In this document: piece by piece, positions 1-11,248 of the stretch
How positions within the stretch are numbered: position 1 is the first letter of the stretch
How the letters are laid out: the number at the start of each line of letters is the position of its first letter
DNA from: Vezdaea acicularis
Taxonomy: Eukaryota
Length of the DNA: 64,000 bases
Direction of reading: 5' to 3'
NCBI GenBank assembly: GCA_026025075.1
Contig: JAPEUI010000022.1
Span: 1-64,000, forward strand
Translations under genes and position numbers: made by a program
Notes under the pieces: generated by a model
What the model was told of the DNA's origin: nothing
Seen by the model: only the letters and a program-made list of their open reading frames with translations
Databases searched by the model: none

Positions 1-1065
1 CAGATAACCAATTAGCATCTATGCCGTCCCTCCACTACAACCATGCCATCCCGGTATGCAACCATCTTCTAGCCCGTCTGGCTGCTGAAAGAAATTCCCA
101 TAATCCTAATCGTGTCACATCATCAATTTTGAGCGCCAGTGCGGACCCTGCTGCAGTCACCGAAGCTTGGATTACTTGTAGATGAACCTCCTCAAGCATT
201 TGAGCTTAACCTTTGATCTTATTGCCAGTTCTATCCAGCAAGTGACTCCTCCCCTCGCTTATTGCTTACGTAAATATTCGTCGAATTATGCGTCTTATAA
301 GCGAGTGTTATTGTTGGGCCCCCTACGCAGCGAGTAAGTTTTGACCCGGCCAAAGCGACCTGGAATGAGTCTACAACCAGATATATTTGGAGAAAAGAAA
401 CACGACTAGAGCCACAATATTGGGTAGAGATGAGTAATTGGCTACAAAAAGTTGAGATAATCATATTAAAACGCAAATATCTGCCAATTTAGTGATCTGC
501 GCGTCGCTGGTGATGGGTGTGCTTGTGGGACCCTCATCTATGCACACTTTCAGTCTTATCTTCAAAAAATACTCAGAGAGGCATTTTTTTGCATTAGATT
601 ACACCAGTGATTATCAGTCAAGCATTGTTGGCACATCCAGTTGATGATCATCATCTTCATATAGTGCATGAGATACAGCATAAAGCCAGCCTTTTACGGG
701 TTTATTGCGACCCCAAGCCGCACGGTGATGTACTGGTTCAAACGTATCTGAGTCAATTCAATGGGTTTTTATTGTGTACGACACCTGTCAGGGCTCCATT
801 TTGATCTTGGGTCTACAAATATGAAAAGCATCGTTTGCGTTTGTCGCAAAAAGTCCCGATAAACTTTAATAGAGTAAATTGAAAAGATCTTACCACATAG
901 TTTCATCCCATTGAGACGTAGTCATATTCGATGTGGAACACAAGTGCGTAGACATAATTTTGTTATCTTTGAATCAATCATATGTGACCTTGACTTTACA
1001 GAAGTGTCTCGTCATTTTAATCGCACTCATTTAGGTAGAAGATTTTATTGTCTAACTCTGATGCG

Positions 1066-1818
1066 TCACCAAAACCAGCTTGTGCCAAGAAACGCCAGCA
1101 AAACATTTATGTATAAAAACCCAAGCAAACTTCGACAAGCATAAAGCTGTGGGTTTGCGCCTCCCGTAAACTCAAATGGACTTCCTCCGCCACCATTCGA
1201 CGCCGGGGCTGCCGTCTGGTTCGGAAGGCGTGTTGTTATTGGGTTGTCAATAAAGCTCTTGCTAACAGAAGAGCTAGAGTGTGAGTCCGATGCTCCTGGT
1301 TGCGTTGAGGTTATAGGTGCCGAGCCCGATGATGTCGTTGGCGAAGAGGTTGATGTTGACGAAGCGCCCGATGAGCTTGCTGAAGTCGCCGTGTTCGTTG
1401 TTGTCGAGGTGGACATACTCAAAGACGATGATGATGGCAATAATTGCTGTGTAGTCGAGGGAGCGGATCCAAATCCTGTCGGAGAGACCACGTTCTTGCA
1501 TAACTTAAACGCGAGTGAGCCATTGAAGGCTGGTACTATCAAGTCCGTTGGCTTTGCCACGATATTGTTACAGTTGTTCTTGATATCAGTCCCTTTCTGC
1601 ACCAGCCCGGCTATACAGGCCTGCGAGCAATCCGCAGTGTTGGCAAAATCCGAATTCTGGCAATCAGATATGGGAGACTTATAGGCCAATATGCAAGGTT
1701 GTAACGTGATACTTGGGTCAAGTGGCTGGATATCGTTGAGAGAAATCGCGGTGGTGAAGGGAACGAGGAAAGAAAGAAGGGTGAGAGTTTGTACAGAGCG
1801 TAGTCGAGTAAGGCGCAT
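1066..1818 (-). CDS. Secreted, probably GPI-anchored Ser/Thr-rich protein with a Cys-rich N-terminal domain
   Basis: ATG at 1818 (MRLTRLRSVQTLTLLSFLVPFTTA, signal-like), Cys-rich domain (CILAY..C..SDF..CSQACIAGL..C..LC), long S/T stretch, GGGSPFE motif and hydrophobic C-terminus; single exon. Confidence 0.8.
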   Translation of the reverse strand: MRLTRLRSVQTLTLLSFLVPFTTAISLNDIQPLDPSITLQPCILAYKSPISDCQNSDFANTADCSQACIAGLVQKGTDIKNNCNNIVAKPTDLIVPAFNGSLAFKLCKNVVSPTGFGSAPSTTQQLLPSSSSLSMSTSTTTNTATSASSSGASSTSTSSPTTSSGSAPITSTQPGASDSHSSSSVSKSFIDNPITTRLPNQTAAPASNGGGGSPFEFTGGANPQLYACRSLLGFLYINVLLAFLGTSWFW

Positions 1819-3432
1819 TATGATGATGGTGTTCAAAGGTAAAGTAGCGACTGGTCGAAATTTCCAGTCAGATAAAGAGCGAATACCTTCGTCGACGATA
1901 ATAGACGAAGGCACGTCGCCCTATGCAGATTGAGTCGCGTGTGTGGCGATCGACCCCTTCCGTGCTCCTGTTTAGCCTTGCGACGTCGGAATTGTTCGAC
2001 CGTAAAATCACCGCGAAACAAGAATGTCGCTCGAAACCAGCGAGCGGGGATATCCTGCCGTTTTGGTCTCTCAGCGGCCGTGGCTTCTACAGGAATTAGA
2101 TAGTCGCTTTCGATAAATCGTAACTTCGTGATCTGTTCTACAAGTCGGCGGTTTACCGTCTCGTTACAATCTCAGTCCCTACAAAGTCTCGAGTCCCGAC
2201 ACCCCTCTATTTATGACGTTCAAGTGCGGATCCGTTTTGTTGACTTATAGCCGTTGCGCACGACCTTTTCGTCCCGATCTATGCCTCTAGGATCCTTCCT
2301 GCTTTGTCGCAACGTGCTGAAGTCAGTCCGTGCGTTTTCGGACCTTCGTAGTGAGACAGAGCTATAGTTATATGAGGGGTTGCGGATATTTCAGCACAGA
2401 AGACGACAAAATTCTTATGGTATAAAGGGCACTGTATCGCTTGCGTTGGGTCGTTTTGTAATGGAGAAGGTTATGAACGTGAATAGGTGTACAGCCGTTT
2501 AAAGGCGCCTATCGCAATGTCGCAAGCGACAATAGGAACGATGGTAGGATGCGTAAAAAATCCTTTTCGCGCAGCGATCAAAGGACAGTAGAAAAGAGAA
2601 ATGTTTGCGCGCGGACGTTTGCGCGAGAAGAGAGGAACTCAAGCTGAGTAGGCACTCGGGCGAAGTTAAGGAGATGAAGAAGAATGCCACGATCAAATAC
2701 CTCGCAAGGACGCACTGATAGGAGAGGGGTTGGCACAGACTTGCCTTGGCCCGCAGAAACGCGATGAGCACGAGGAGTGTCCCCTCCATAATCCCTTCAA
2801 TCCCCTTCCAGCAGGCCATTGGGAAGTGCAGGCGTCGGTCAGCGCGTGTGAAGATCAAGGACGGGACGACTGGTCGCCATGGTGTTCGAGTGTCAGGCCA
2901 GTCAACATGCCCGCATCCATTTTCTCATGGTCAGACGTAGGCGCGGCCAATGAGAACATGCAGGATGAGTTTGCCCGTGAGAAAGTTTGTTTCAAGTCGG
3001 TGCGGCTGCGTTTCACGTCGCAGTGGCAAAAGCGGAGCCGAGTACGGTAGAGCGCTTAGGCGAATAGTAAGGGCCACGGGGATTGGGTCCATCGCCTGCC
3101 AGAGATGTCAACGGGAGGGAAAAGTCTCTAGATTACATGTACAAACCAGACTAGCATTTGATCTTTGCCAACCCTGTGATCTATCAAGAACACCGAAGAT
3201 TCTGATAGGCCTCGCCAGTTCTTCATGAGTTTTAACTATGGCCTATAAAGGAATATCTTTAATGGTAGGTCGTCAGTCTCGTGCCTAGGCCGCTCTTGTA
3301 TCATGTAGGAGGCTTGAGTATGAAAGGTATAGACAGCACTCTCCTCCGCAATGATAAGATGTAACGTGCCTATCTCGCAGTCGTGAGCTACGGTTCCCAA
3401 TCCAGTTGGTAGCCATTTCCCTACTAAACATC

Positions 3433-4518
3433 CTAGCCATCCTCGCCTGATATTTTGGCATGCTTAAAGTACTTCATCCCAACCCACGCAATCACAACCC
3501 AAACCCATGCCATAACAGCCGTCAGAATTATTAGTGCCGGATAGTATCCCACGATCGGTAGGGTCGGATCATCCTCAAGCTCGGGTGGTGCATACGGCGT
3601 CTCTCCAACATCCCATGCCCAGCTCCAGATCTCAAAACAACTTCCCATTCCAACAACGAAGACAATCCACGTAACAATGAGGACTACCCAGCCCCACCAT
3701 TCTGTTTCCGAGTAGTCCCACTCGTCTGGTGGGGTGGCGGGGGCGTTTATACTGAGAGGAGATTTCTGGGTTTTAATATTGGAACGACGCCGCCCTGGAA
3801 TATTTGACTGGGGTGGAAAATAGTCGGCAGACGTGGCTGAGGGTTTTTTGGGCGCTTGTGTCGAAGGATGCTGTGGGAATGATAATGCATCTTCTTCATC
3901 TGTAGTAGAAAGATCTATAACCGGACTGACAAGGGAGTTGGCGGGTAAGGCCGTGCCCTCAGTGTTCCTCGTTGGTACTCGGGGATTCCCATTCGCGCGA
4001 GGAATATCTATAGCCCGGGCTTGTTCACTTGGGTCATACTCGAATGTATTCTGATTCCAATCACTGGTAGGAGAGGTAGGGTTTATCTCGATGACATCCC
4101 TATTTGGCTCATTCTCTGAATGATGCCTCCATGGTGTGCCGAAGATAGGCCGATAGCTCTCTATATTTGAGCCTCTCCGCTCTTGTTGAAGTTTACCCGT
4201 GCCCAGCAAGGCTGTCTTTCTCAGCGAGCCTTTTCGTTTCCTCGTCTTTTTAATGTCTACCGATGTGGACGAGGGGCTGTTGAAGCTCTTTTCATCGCTT
4301 TTCACGTCTTCGCAGGCCAAGGTGTCTTCGCGGACCAAGGAAGGTTCGTCATTGCTTGGGCGAAGGAAGGACAGTTTGGACATGATACCCCCGGAAAGGG
4401 TTTTCTTATGTCCACTGCTCACCCCAGAAGTGTTGCCAGTATTGGGGCGTGGGTGCGAACTTGCACTAGCTTTTGATAGTCGACTACTAGTGCTAGGATC
4501 CAGAGGTCCTATCTCCAT
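3433..4518 (-). CDS. PIG-Y-domain membrane protein (GPI-GlcNAc transferase subunit Y-like) with long disordered N-terminus
   Basis: Two C-terminal TM helices ending YYPALIILTAVMAWVWVVIAWVGMKYFKHAK, resembling the PIG-Y terminal W-x-G-x-K-x-F-R/K-H motif; first ATG at 4518. Confidence 0.7.
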   Translation of the reverse strand: MEIGPLDPSTSSRLSKASASSHPRPNTGNTSGVSSGHKKTLSGGIMSKLSFLRPSNDEPSLVREDTLACEDVKSDEKSFNSPSSTSVDIKKTRKRKGSLRKTALLGTGKLQQERRGSNIESYRPIFGTPWRHHSENEPNRDVIEINPTSPTSDWNQNTFEYDPSEQARAIDIPRANGNPRVPTRNTEGTALPANSLVSPVIDLSTTDEEDALSFPQHPSTQAPKKPSATSADYFPPQSNIPGRRRSNIKTQKSPLSINAPATPPDEWDYSETEWWGWVVLIVTWIVFVVGMGSCFEIWSWAWDVGETPYAPPELEDDPTLPIVGYYPALIILTAVMAWVWVVIAWVGMKYFKHAKISGEDG

Positions 4519-4802
4519 GTCTGCTGAAACCCAAGTTCTCCGACATTTATATAATGTGTTACTATGTCGCAGTAATTGAACAGAGCCCACTGGCCAAAAA
4601 AATTCCGACCTTCTGAGGTGAACCCGTGTCAGTTTGACATCCCTCCTCTATGAGAACTCGCCAGCTAAGGTTTCTCGGGAGTACCTATCGGAGACGGCCC
4701 GCCTTTCCCAAAAACGAAAAGCTCAAGCGTGGTCCAACCAACTGATCCTTCTGAAGTGCGCACCTGACGTTCAATGTCCATCTGGTGACTCCACTCTCGC
4801 CA

Positions 4803-6225
4803 ATGTCCGGGGCTGAGGAGAACGTTGGGGAGGTAGCAAAGCCAGCATCGCACGATAGCTTCAGTCCTACGAATCCTGGCCCAGCGTTGAGAGGTCACGA
4901 GGGATTCGTGCAGCCGTCATCGTTCCTACGTCCGCTGGCTCACCAGGTACAACTTGGACAAGCTACCGCTCTGCAACCTCTTAGTGCTATCGATCGTGAA
5001 CAAAAGCAGGGCTTGGTGAGTCGCACTATGTTATAGAATCGTAGTCAGAGCTTTAGGCTAACCATACTCCATTTCGCCAGCATGCGATTCGAGCCTTTCT
5101 CAAAGTGCGCACAAGTTATGACGTGCTGCCTCTCAGCTTTCGTCTAATAATCTTCGATACTACGCTTCTAGTGAAGAAAAGTCTCAATATCCTCACCCAT
5201 AATGGTCAGTTAGCTTACTGGAACCGCAAATTTAGTCGATGTCTTATTCATGAATATCTAGGAATCGTATCAGCACCACTCTGGGACTCAAAGTCCTCGA
5301 CGTTTGCAGGTCTTCTGACCACATCCGACTACATCAACGTCATCCAATACTACTGGGCCAATCCTGACGCGCTCAAGGAGATTGATCAATTCCGGCTTGA
5401 CAACCTTAGAGGTACAGTAACTATACAGCTGCAGAACTGGGATGTTAGACAAACTGACCATGACATAGTGGTCGAGAAGGCGATTGGCGTTGCTCCTTTA
5501 GAGACAGTCTCTATCAACCCCCAGAAACCACTGTACGAAGCATGTCGACGTATGCTGGAGTCAAGAGCGAGGCGAATCCCTCTAATTGACGTGGACGATG
5601 AGACGAAACGCCAGATGGTAGTTAGCGTAGTGACTCAGTATCGAATTCTGAAATTCGTAGCTGTCAATGTCACGGAGACTCAGATGCTGAGAAAACCACT
5701 ACGAGATCTCAACGTTGGCACTTATAGCGATCTTAAATCCGTCAGTATGGATACGCCCGTCATCGACGTTATTCATAAGCTTGTCAAACACAATATCTCA
5801 AGTGTTCCGATTCTGAACTCAGACGGTAAGACTTGACTTCCCACATGCCATGCTCTATCTAATGCAGTCTAGGCGTGGTACTGAATGCTTTCGAGGCTGT
5901 GGATGTCATTTCTCTTATCAAAGGAGGCGTTTACGACGATCTCAGCTTGACAGTTGGAGAGGCCCTTGTCAAGCGATCAGACGTGAGTTAATAAATTTTT
6001 TATGCAATGGCGCATGTTGAGTCCACCTTATTGAGAATCCAACAGGACTTCCCAGGAATCTATACGTGTTCGCTAGATGATCGTCTGGATACGATCTTTG
6101 ATACGATACGTAAATCGAGAGTCCATCGCCTAGTTGTCATAGACGACGAGTTTCATCTCAAAGGCGTCCTTACTCTCAGTGATATTTTAGAGTACATCCT
6201 ACTCGAAGGAGAGTCTGATGAATAA
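4803..6225 (+). CDS. SNF4: AMPK/SNF1 complex gamma subunit (CBS domains), multi-exon
   Basis: Spliced translation gives HAIRAFLKVRTSYDVLPLSFRLIIFDT..GIVSAPLWDS..FAGLLTTSDYINVIQYY..RVHRLVVID..LSDILEYILL; several GT-AG introns (first 5016-5080). Confidence 0.95.
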
Positions 6226-7418
6226 TTCTACGGACTTCTGGAGAAACTTCCATAAAAATGTTGAAAGAAGTCTGTTCCACAATCATTTTCTTTGGTCTGT
6301 AAAGCATTGGGCATTGCGAGGATGGGCTAGGCGAAGGTTAACGGATCGTTTGGATGTCAAATCAATGCAGCACAAGCCTCTTATGCTTGGCTTCTCCACA
6401 GCGTATGATGCGGGATTCTTTCTTCTCTGTTGACTTCGAATTTCTAGCGGGCAAGCGTGATCATGGCCATTTTTTACCTCCCTCGTCACGAATCCGCTCC
6501 GCCCGTGAGTTAGCCCGTGAATATGCACTAAAGCATGCGGTACTTGAGAGCGAGAATGTAGGAAAGTTGGGAAACGGTGTAGCTCGAATCCCCAGTTCTC
6601 AACCGCACAATTACATTTGATGACACCTGTTCTCCTGCTGAATGGCCCTGGCGCTAACCTTGGTTGATCTTTGCCTGCTCCCTCATGGTACGCCCGCTCC
6701 TTACACTTATATATGCACTTCGCGTATCTATGGTTTTTCTTCCGCAAAAGCTTTAAAAAATAATTAGCACTATTTTCAACACAACGTAGCATGGGACGGG
6801 TATGGATCAACTAAGACAAAAGATAAAGACGTGAAAAAATTGGAATGCGTGAGCTCTGATGTTAGAAGATTAGGGATGAGTTCCAGTCCTCTACGCGCTG
6901 GCGTCTGACGCTAAGATAAGCACTCTAGTCATACCCCAAACCTAATGGTGGGCTAAATCAATAGACTTAACCAGTACTCACTACAACCATAAGTCAAAGA
7001 TGGCATAATTGTGATACATTATCAATTCCTGGCAATCAAATCTAATTGTTCTCTTCAAATCCTCGTTTCTAGATAACATGTTCCACAAGCAGGTTGACCT
7101 CAAAAGCAAGTCGGGGAAAAGTAGCGCAATTGTAACTCCTTTTTCACAAAGTGATCGAAGAAAGTGCCCTAAGTTTGACCTCTGGATTGGGCTCAGAAGT
7201 TGACCGGAAAATGATCCAGGAACGGTTGATGATTCGGCTAAAACGCGGGGAAGCTTACAAGATGTACCCCACCACTTGCAACGTATAAGATCGCGTTTTA
7301 CGGCAGCGCCAATTTTACAGTGACGACGACAACTTGAGAGTGTAGAAAGCGTGCTGGGAGATTGTTTTTCTCTGCAAAGCCTAATTCGGACGGTCCACTC
7401 CTACTAATTTCCTTTGCA

Positions 7419-9961
7419 ATGTCTTCAGGTAGGGTACTAGGGACTAACCTCCCGCATCGCAGGGACGCTGACCTCAAATTCAAGCTAAACATTTTCTCCA
7501 CGAGCCTCTTTCCCTTGTTCTTTCGTCTTTATACAGTCAGACTCTTACGAATCCCTCCTTACATCTTGACGCTGAGAACAAGATCATTTGCCGTCGCCCT
7601 GGCTTCCCGCCGCAAGTGGCCCTCGTCTCCGGGGGTGGCAGTGGGCATGAGCCCGCCTTTGCAGCATACGTGGGCGCTGGCCTATTGACTGCTAGTGTGG
7701 CAGGAACAATATTTGCAAGTCCAAGCTCTGAGCAGGTCCGGAAATGCCTCATGGGTAGAGTTGGCGTGGACGATGGAGGAAGAGAAAAGGGGATTTGCGT
7801 TGTCATCATGAACTACACAGGCGATGTTCTCAATTTTGGGATAGGTGTCGAAAAAGCTAAAGCAAGTGGCTTGAACGTCGAAATGGTTATTGTTGGTGAT
7901 GATGCTGGAGTTGGGCGGTCGCAAGGAGGCAAGGTTGGTCGCAGGGGCATTGCGGGAGCATCCCTCGTGTTCAAGATTACGGGTGCTATGGCAGCAACTG
8001 GAGCTTCGCTGGAAGATGTTGTTAGAGTCGCAAGGCTGACGGCAAAGAACGTTGTCAGTGTTGGTGCTTCTTTAGAACATGTCCATATTCCAGGACACAA
8101 GCTTCCAGATTCAGCCACTGACCAGGGTTTGGCCATCGATGAACTAGAGATTGGGATGGGTATCCATAACGAGCCCGGAAGTGAAAGAGTCACGATGGAA
8201 CTAGAGGAGCTAGTACGGGTTATGTTGAAACAATGTCTAGACTCGCGAGACGAAGACAGGGCTTTCATACAAGTGGACGTGAAGACGGATGAGTTCGTAT
8301 TGCTAATTAATAATCTAGGCGGCTTGAGCATGCTCGAGCTAGGAGGAATTACAACGATTGTCACCAAGCAACTGATAGAAGATTGGAGAGTCAAGCCCGT
8401 ACGAACGATGAGCGGGACTTACATGACCAGCTTGAATGCTCTAGGCTTTAGCATCTCCTTGCTTAGATTGGCAGACACAGAGTTGGGTAAGGGTATGGGG
8501 ATGCTCGAGCTTTTAGAGGCGCCCTCAGAAGCCAATGGTTGGACTGCTCCCATAACAAGCCGAACATGGGAAAAGGAGCATGCGGAGCCAGCACTGCGTG
8601 AAAGCATCCAGAGTACAGGTATTAAATCAAGCAATTTGAAGAGTAAGTCAGAGTCTTTCATCAAAGGGTCCCAAGCGTCACCGGACTTTATTGGAATGTC
8701 GATGTACTTGTCGAGAGGTAGCGTCGTACATGTGAAGGGAGGAGATAGGGTGTTCGGAAGCTCTCACTCCGAGTCTTCAAGCTGTATCCAGGTGGTCTCT
8801 TTCAGATCAAATGCTTCAAATGTTAGCGTGCATTTACCGGCTAACACCTTACTCAGTGGATCCTACACAAGTGAACAAGGTTTTGAGCTTAGCCCTGGCA
8901 AGATTGATCGCAGCAGAATCCGAGATAACCAGGTATGATACTCTTGTTGGAGACGGGGATTGCGGGGTCGGCTTGAAGCGTGGGGCCGAAGGTACGCTGC
9001 TCTTTTACTCTCCTCAAAAGATCAAATATCGAAACACGCGATCCGCAAGGAAGCCTTCCCCTTCACTTCGGCATCCTTGATGGCTTTGTGAAAACCCTCT
9101 TTCTCTAGTCAGGTGCCGTAGACTTTTCTCGTTCGACTTTGCCGGGAAATACCGTCGTGGGTACCTCTATGATGCTAGTCTTCTATCCTGTTCCGGAAGC
9201 CATTTCCCCAAGTTTTGTTCGGAGGCGCGATAGCTCTTTCGTGTTTAAGCGAATGGCACGGAAGATGCCGAGCCTGCTAAACAAGGGCGCATCACTTCTC
9301 CGGAGATTTCCGTCCTTATATGTCTTTCGACTGTGGCCTGGTCTCATCTAGCATATTGGGGATGAGATGGGTCCAATTTCCCATTCATGTAATCTACGCT
9401 TACTTATGGGTGGCAGGGATCTTAAAAGTCATTAAGGCTGGTCAGCTATCGGAAGATGTCATCGTAAGTGTGTCAAGAATCGCAAATGCCGTCGAAGAAA
9501 CCATGGATGGGACTTCTGGTGCGCTATACGCGTAAGTTATCAACGAGAAGAATCAAATGAAGGCCTAGAAAGCTGGCTTAAACCCCGAAAGGATCTTCCT
9601 AAACTCACTCGCTCATACGCTCAGATCGCTTTCGCCTTCTTCCCAAGAAAGAATCACGCCAGCGATTTTTGGTAAGGCAATGAAGCATTCAATCAATTCT
9701 CTGAGCAAGTACACCCCAGCGAAGCCAGGAGACCGCACTCTCATCGATGCCTTACACCCATTCGTGGAGAGTCTTGCTGAAACAGGCGACTTCGTGCTGG
9801 CGGCGAAGGCGGGTAAAACAGGTGCGGATGCTACTAAAGGAATGAAAGCAAGTCTAGGTAGGACCGTGTACGTCGGCGGGCATGCCTGGCAAGATGTGCC
9901 TGACCCAGGCGCATTTGGCCTCGCAGTATTGTTTCAGGGAATTGTCGACGCATTAACCTGA
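7419..9961 (+). CDS. DAK1: Dihydroxyacetone (triose) kinase, DhaK+DhaL fusion, 5 exons
   Basis: MSSA/KHF start; SGGGSGHEP, NYTGDVLNFG, GRRGIAG, IGMGIHNEPG, GDGDCG, MDGTSGALY, GDRTLIDAL, DPGA motifs; introns about 7429-7483, 8643-8856, 8992-9416, 9532-9591. Confidence 0.95.
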
Positions 9962-10099
9962 TCTGAAAACAGAGCAATTAATCAGGGGTGCTACGGTTAG
10001 CCTGTGTTTTGAAAGCTTTTTGCCCGTCAATACAGCCAACGAATAGGCTATCTCGCAAATCCAACAGGACAGAAAGCTCAAGTTTAGCATCTAGCGCCT

Positions 10100-10654
10100 C
10101 TAACTGAGCAGGACCAAAATCACCGAGTCACCTCGAAGGAACCTAAAGGTACAACAGCACTAGTTAGAATGACTGCCTTACGTACAACATGATGTTAAAA
10201 CCGTAAACCCACATTTTGCTAATAAATCGATCTTTGTTCACCGGTCTTCCTTTCTTGCCCGCACTAGTCCTGGGAGTCTCTGTCCACATTTCCTTGACAT
10301 TTTCTAAGACCATGTTGCAGTGTCGATCGAATGCCTTGACTCGCGCAAGTAATTTGCGGTTGTTGCGACATGAGATAAGTACTTGGGTGTGAGAGCGTAC
10401 AGCAGTCTGAAGGATGCTGAGGGGCCCAGATGTGAATTCGTGCTCCTCAAGTTGAGCGACTTCATATTCCCTGTTGGCGAATTAGGCAACGAATCGATAT
10501 AGAGACGGGAGCGGGAAAATGGCAAGGCCTAGGGGATATACGTGAGTTCACTTCGGGGCTTGTTAAGCAAATCCCTGTTTTGCATTAGCGCGAAGCTTTG
10601 TATGTGGAGAACACATGGAGGGTGAGTCATTTACTGTATCTTTGCGTCTGTCAT
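10100..10654 (-). CDS. SMD2: Small nuclear ribonucleoprotein Sm D2, 4 exons (absent from the ORF track)
   Basis: Manual splicing gives [117 protein letters not shown]. Confidence 0.95.
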
Positions 10655-11248
10655 GATTATATAAGAGACGTAACAGGCCCAATTACCAGATTTTGTGGGT
10701 GAAAGACCTTGGTGTGCGACCAAAGGACGTGAAGTCTAGAATTGCCAAAAGCTGCGCTAGCACCGCATGTGTGGATTGGACAAGCCTCTTAGTCATCCGC
10801 ATTTTGGGGTGTTTATTACCCTGGTCGCTTTAGCTCCTTCACGTCCCGTCGCGTAAGACGCCCTCGAATGCCGAGGAGTACGTGGAATCTACCAACCACC
10901 TAGACCTTCCTTAAGCCACGAAGCGCCAGGACCTCTCAAATCAACAACCAAGTTAAGGAAAACTACCTCAGAAAGCTTCGACAACTCGAAGTGCCTTCAA
11001 AAGGTCCCTTCTCTTCGGCTACCTGGCTAAGAACCCTTCAGAGTGAACCCCACTTACACCTTCCTGCAGGTTACCCGCAGGTACACGAGACGTACGAGGT
11101 CTACCTTGTGGACCGCAATCCTTAATCACATAAGATTTTACAACTACAGCTCAAACGTTGCTCTTAAATCCCTGTTTTCATACCTGCATCTCCCGACGGA
11201 CCACTACTTCGACCGGAAATGCAGTCGTAGGCCAACTTTCCATTATTG

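Noticed and set aside
3..185. Open plus-strand frame at the window edge ending AAVTEAWITCR*
   Set aside because: Could be the 3' end of an upstream gene, but no recognisable motif and no context
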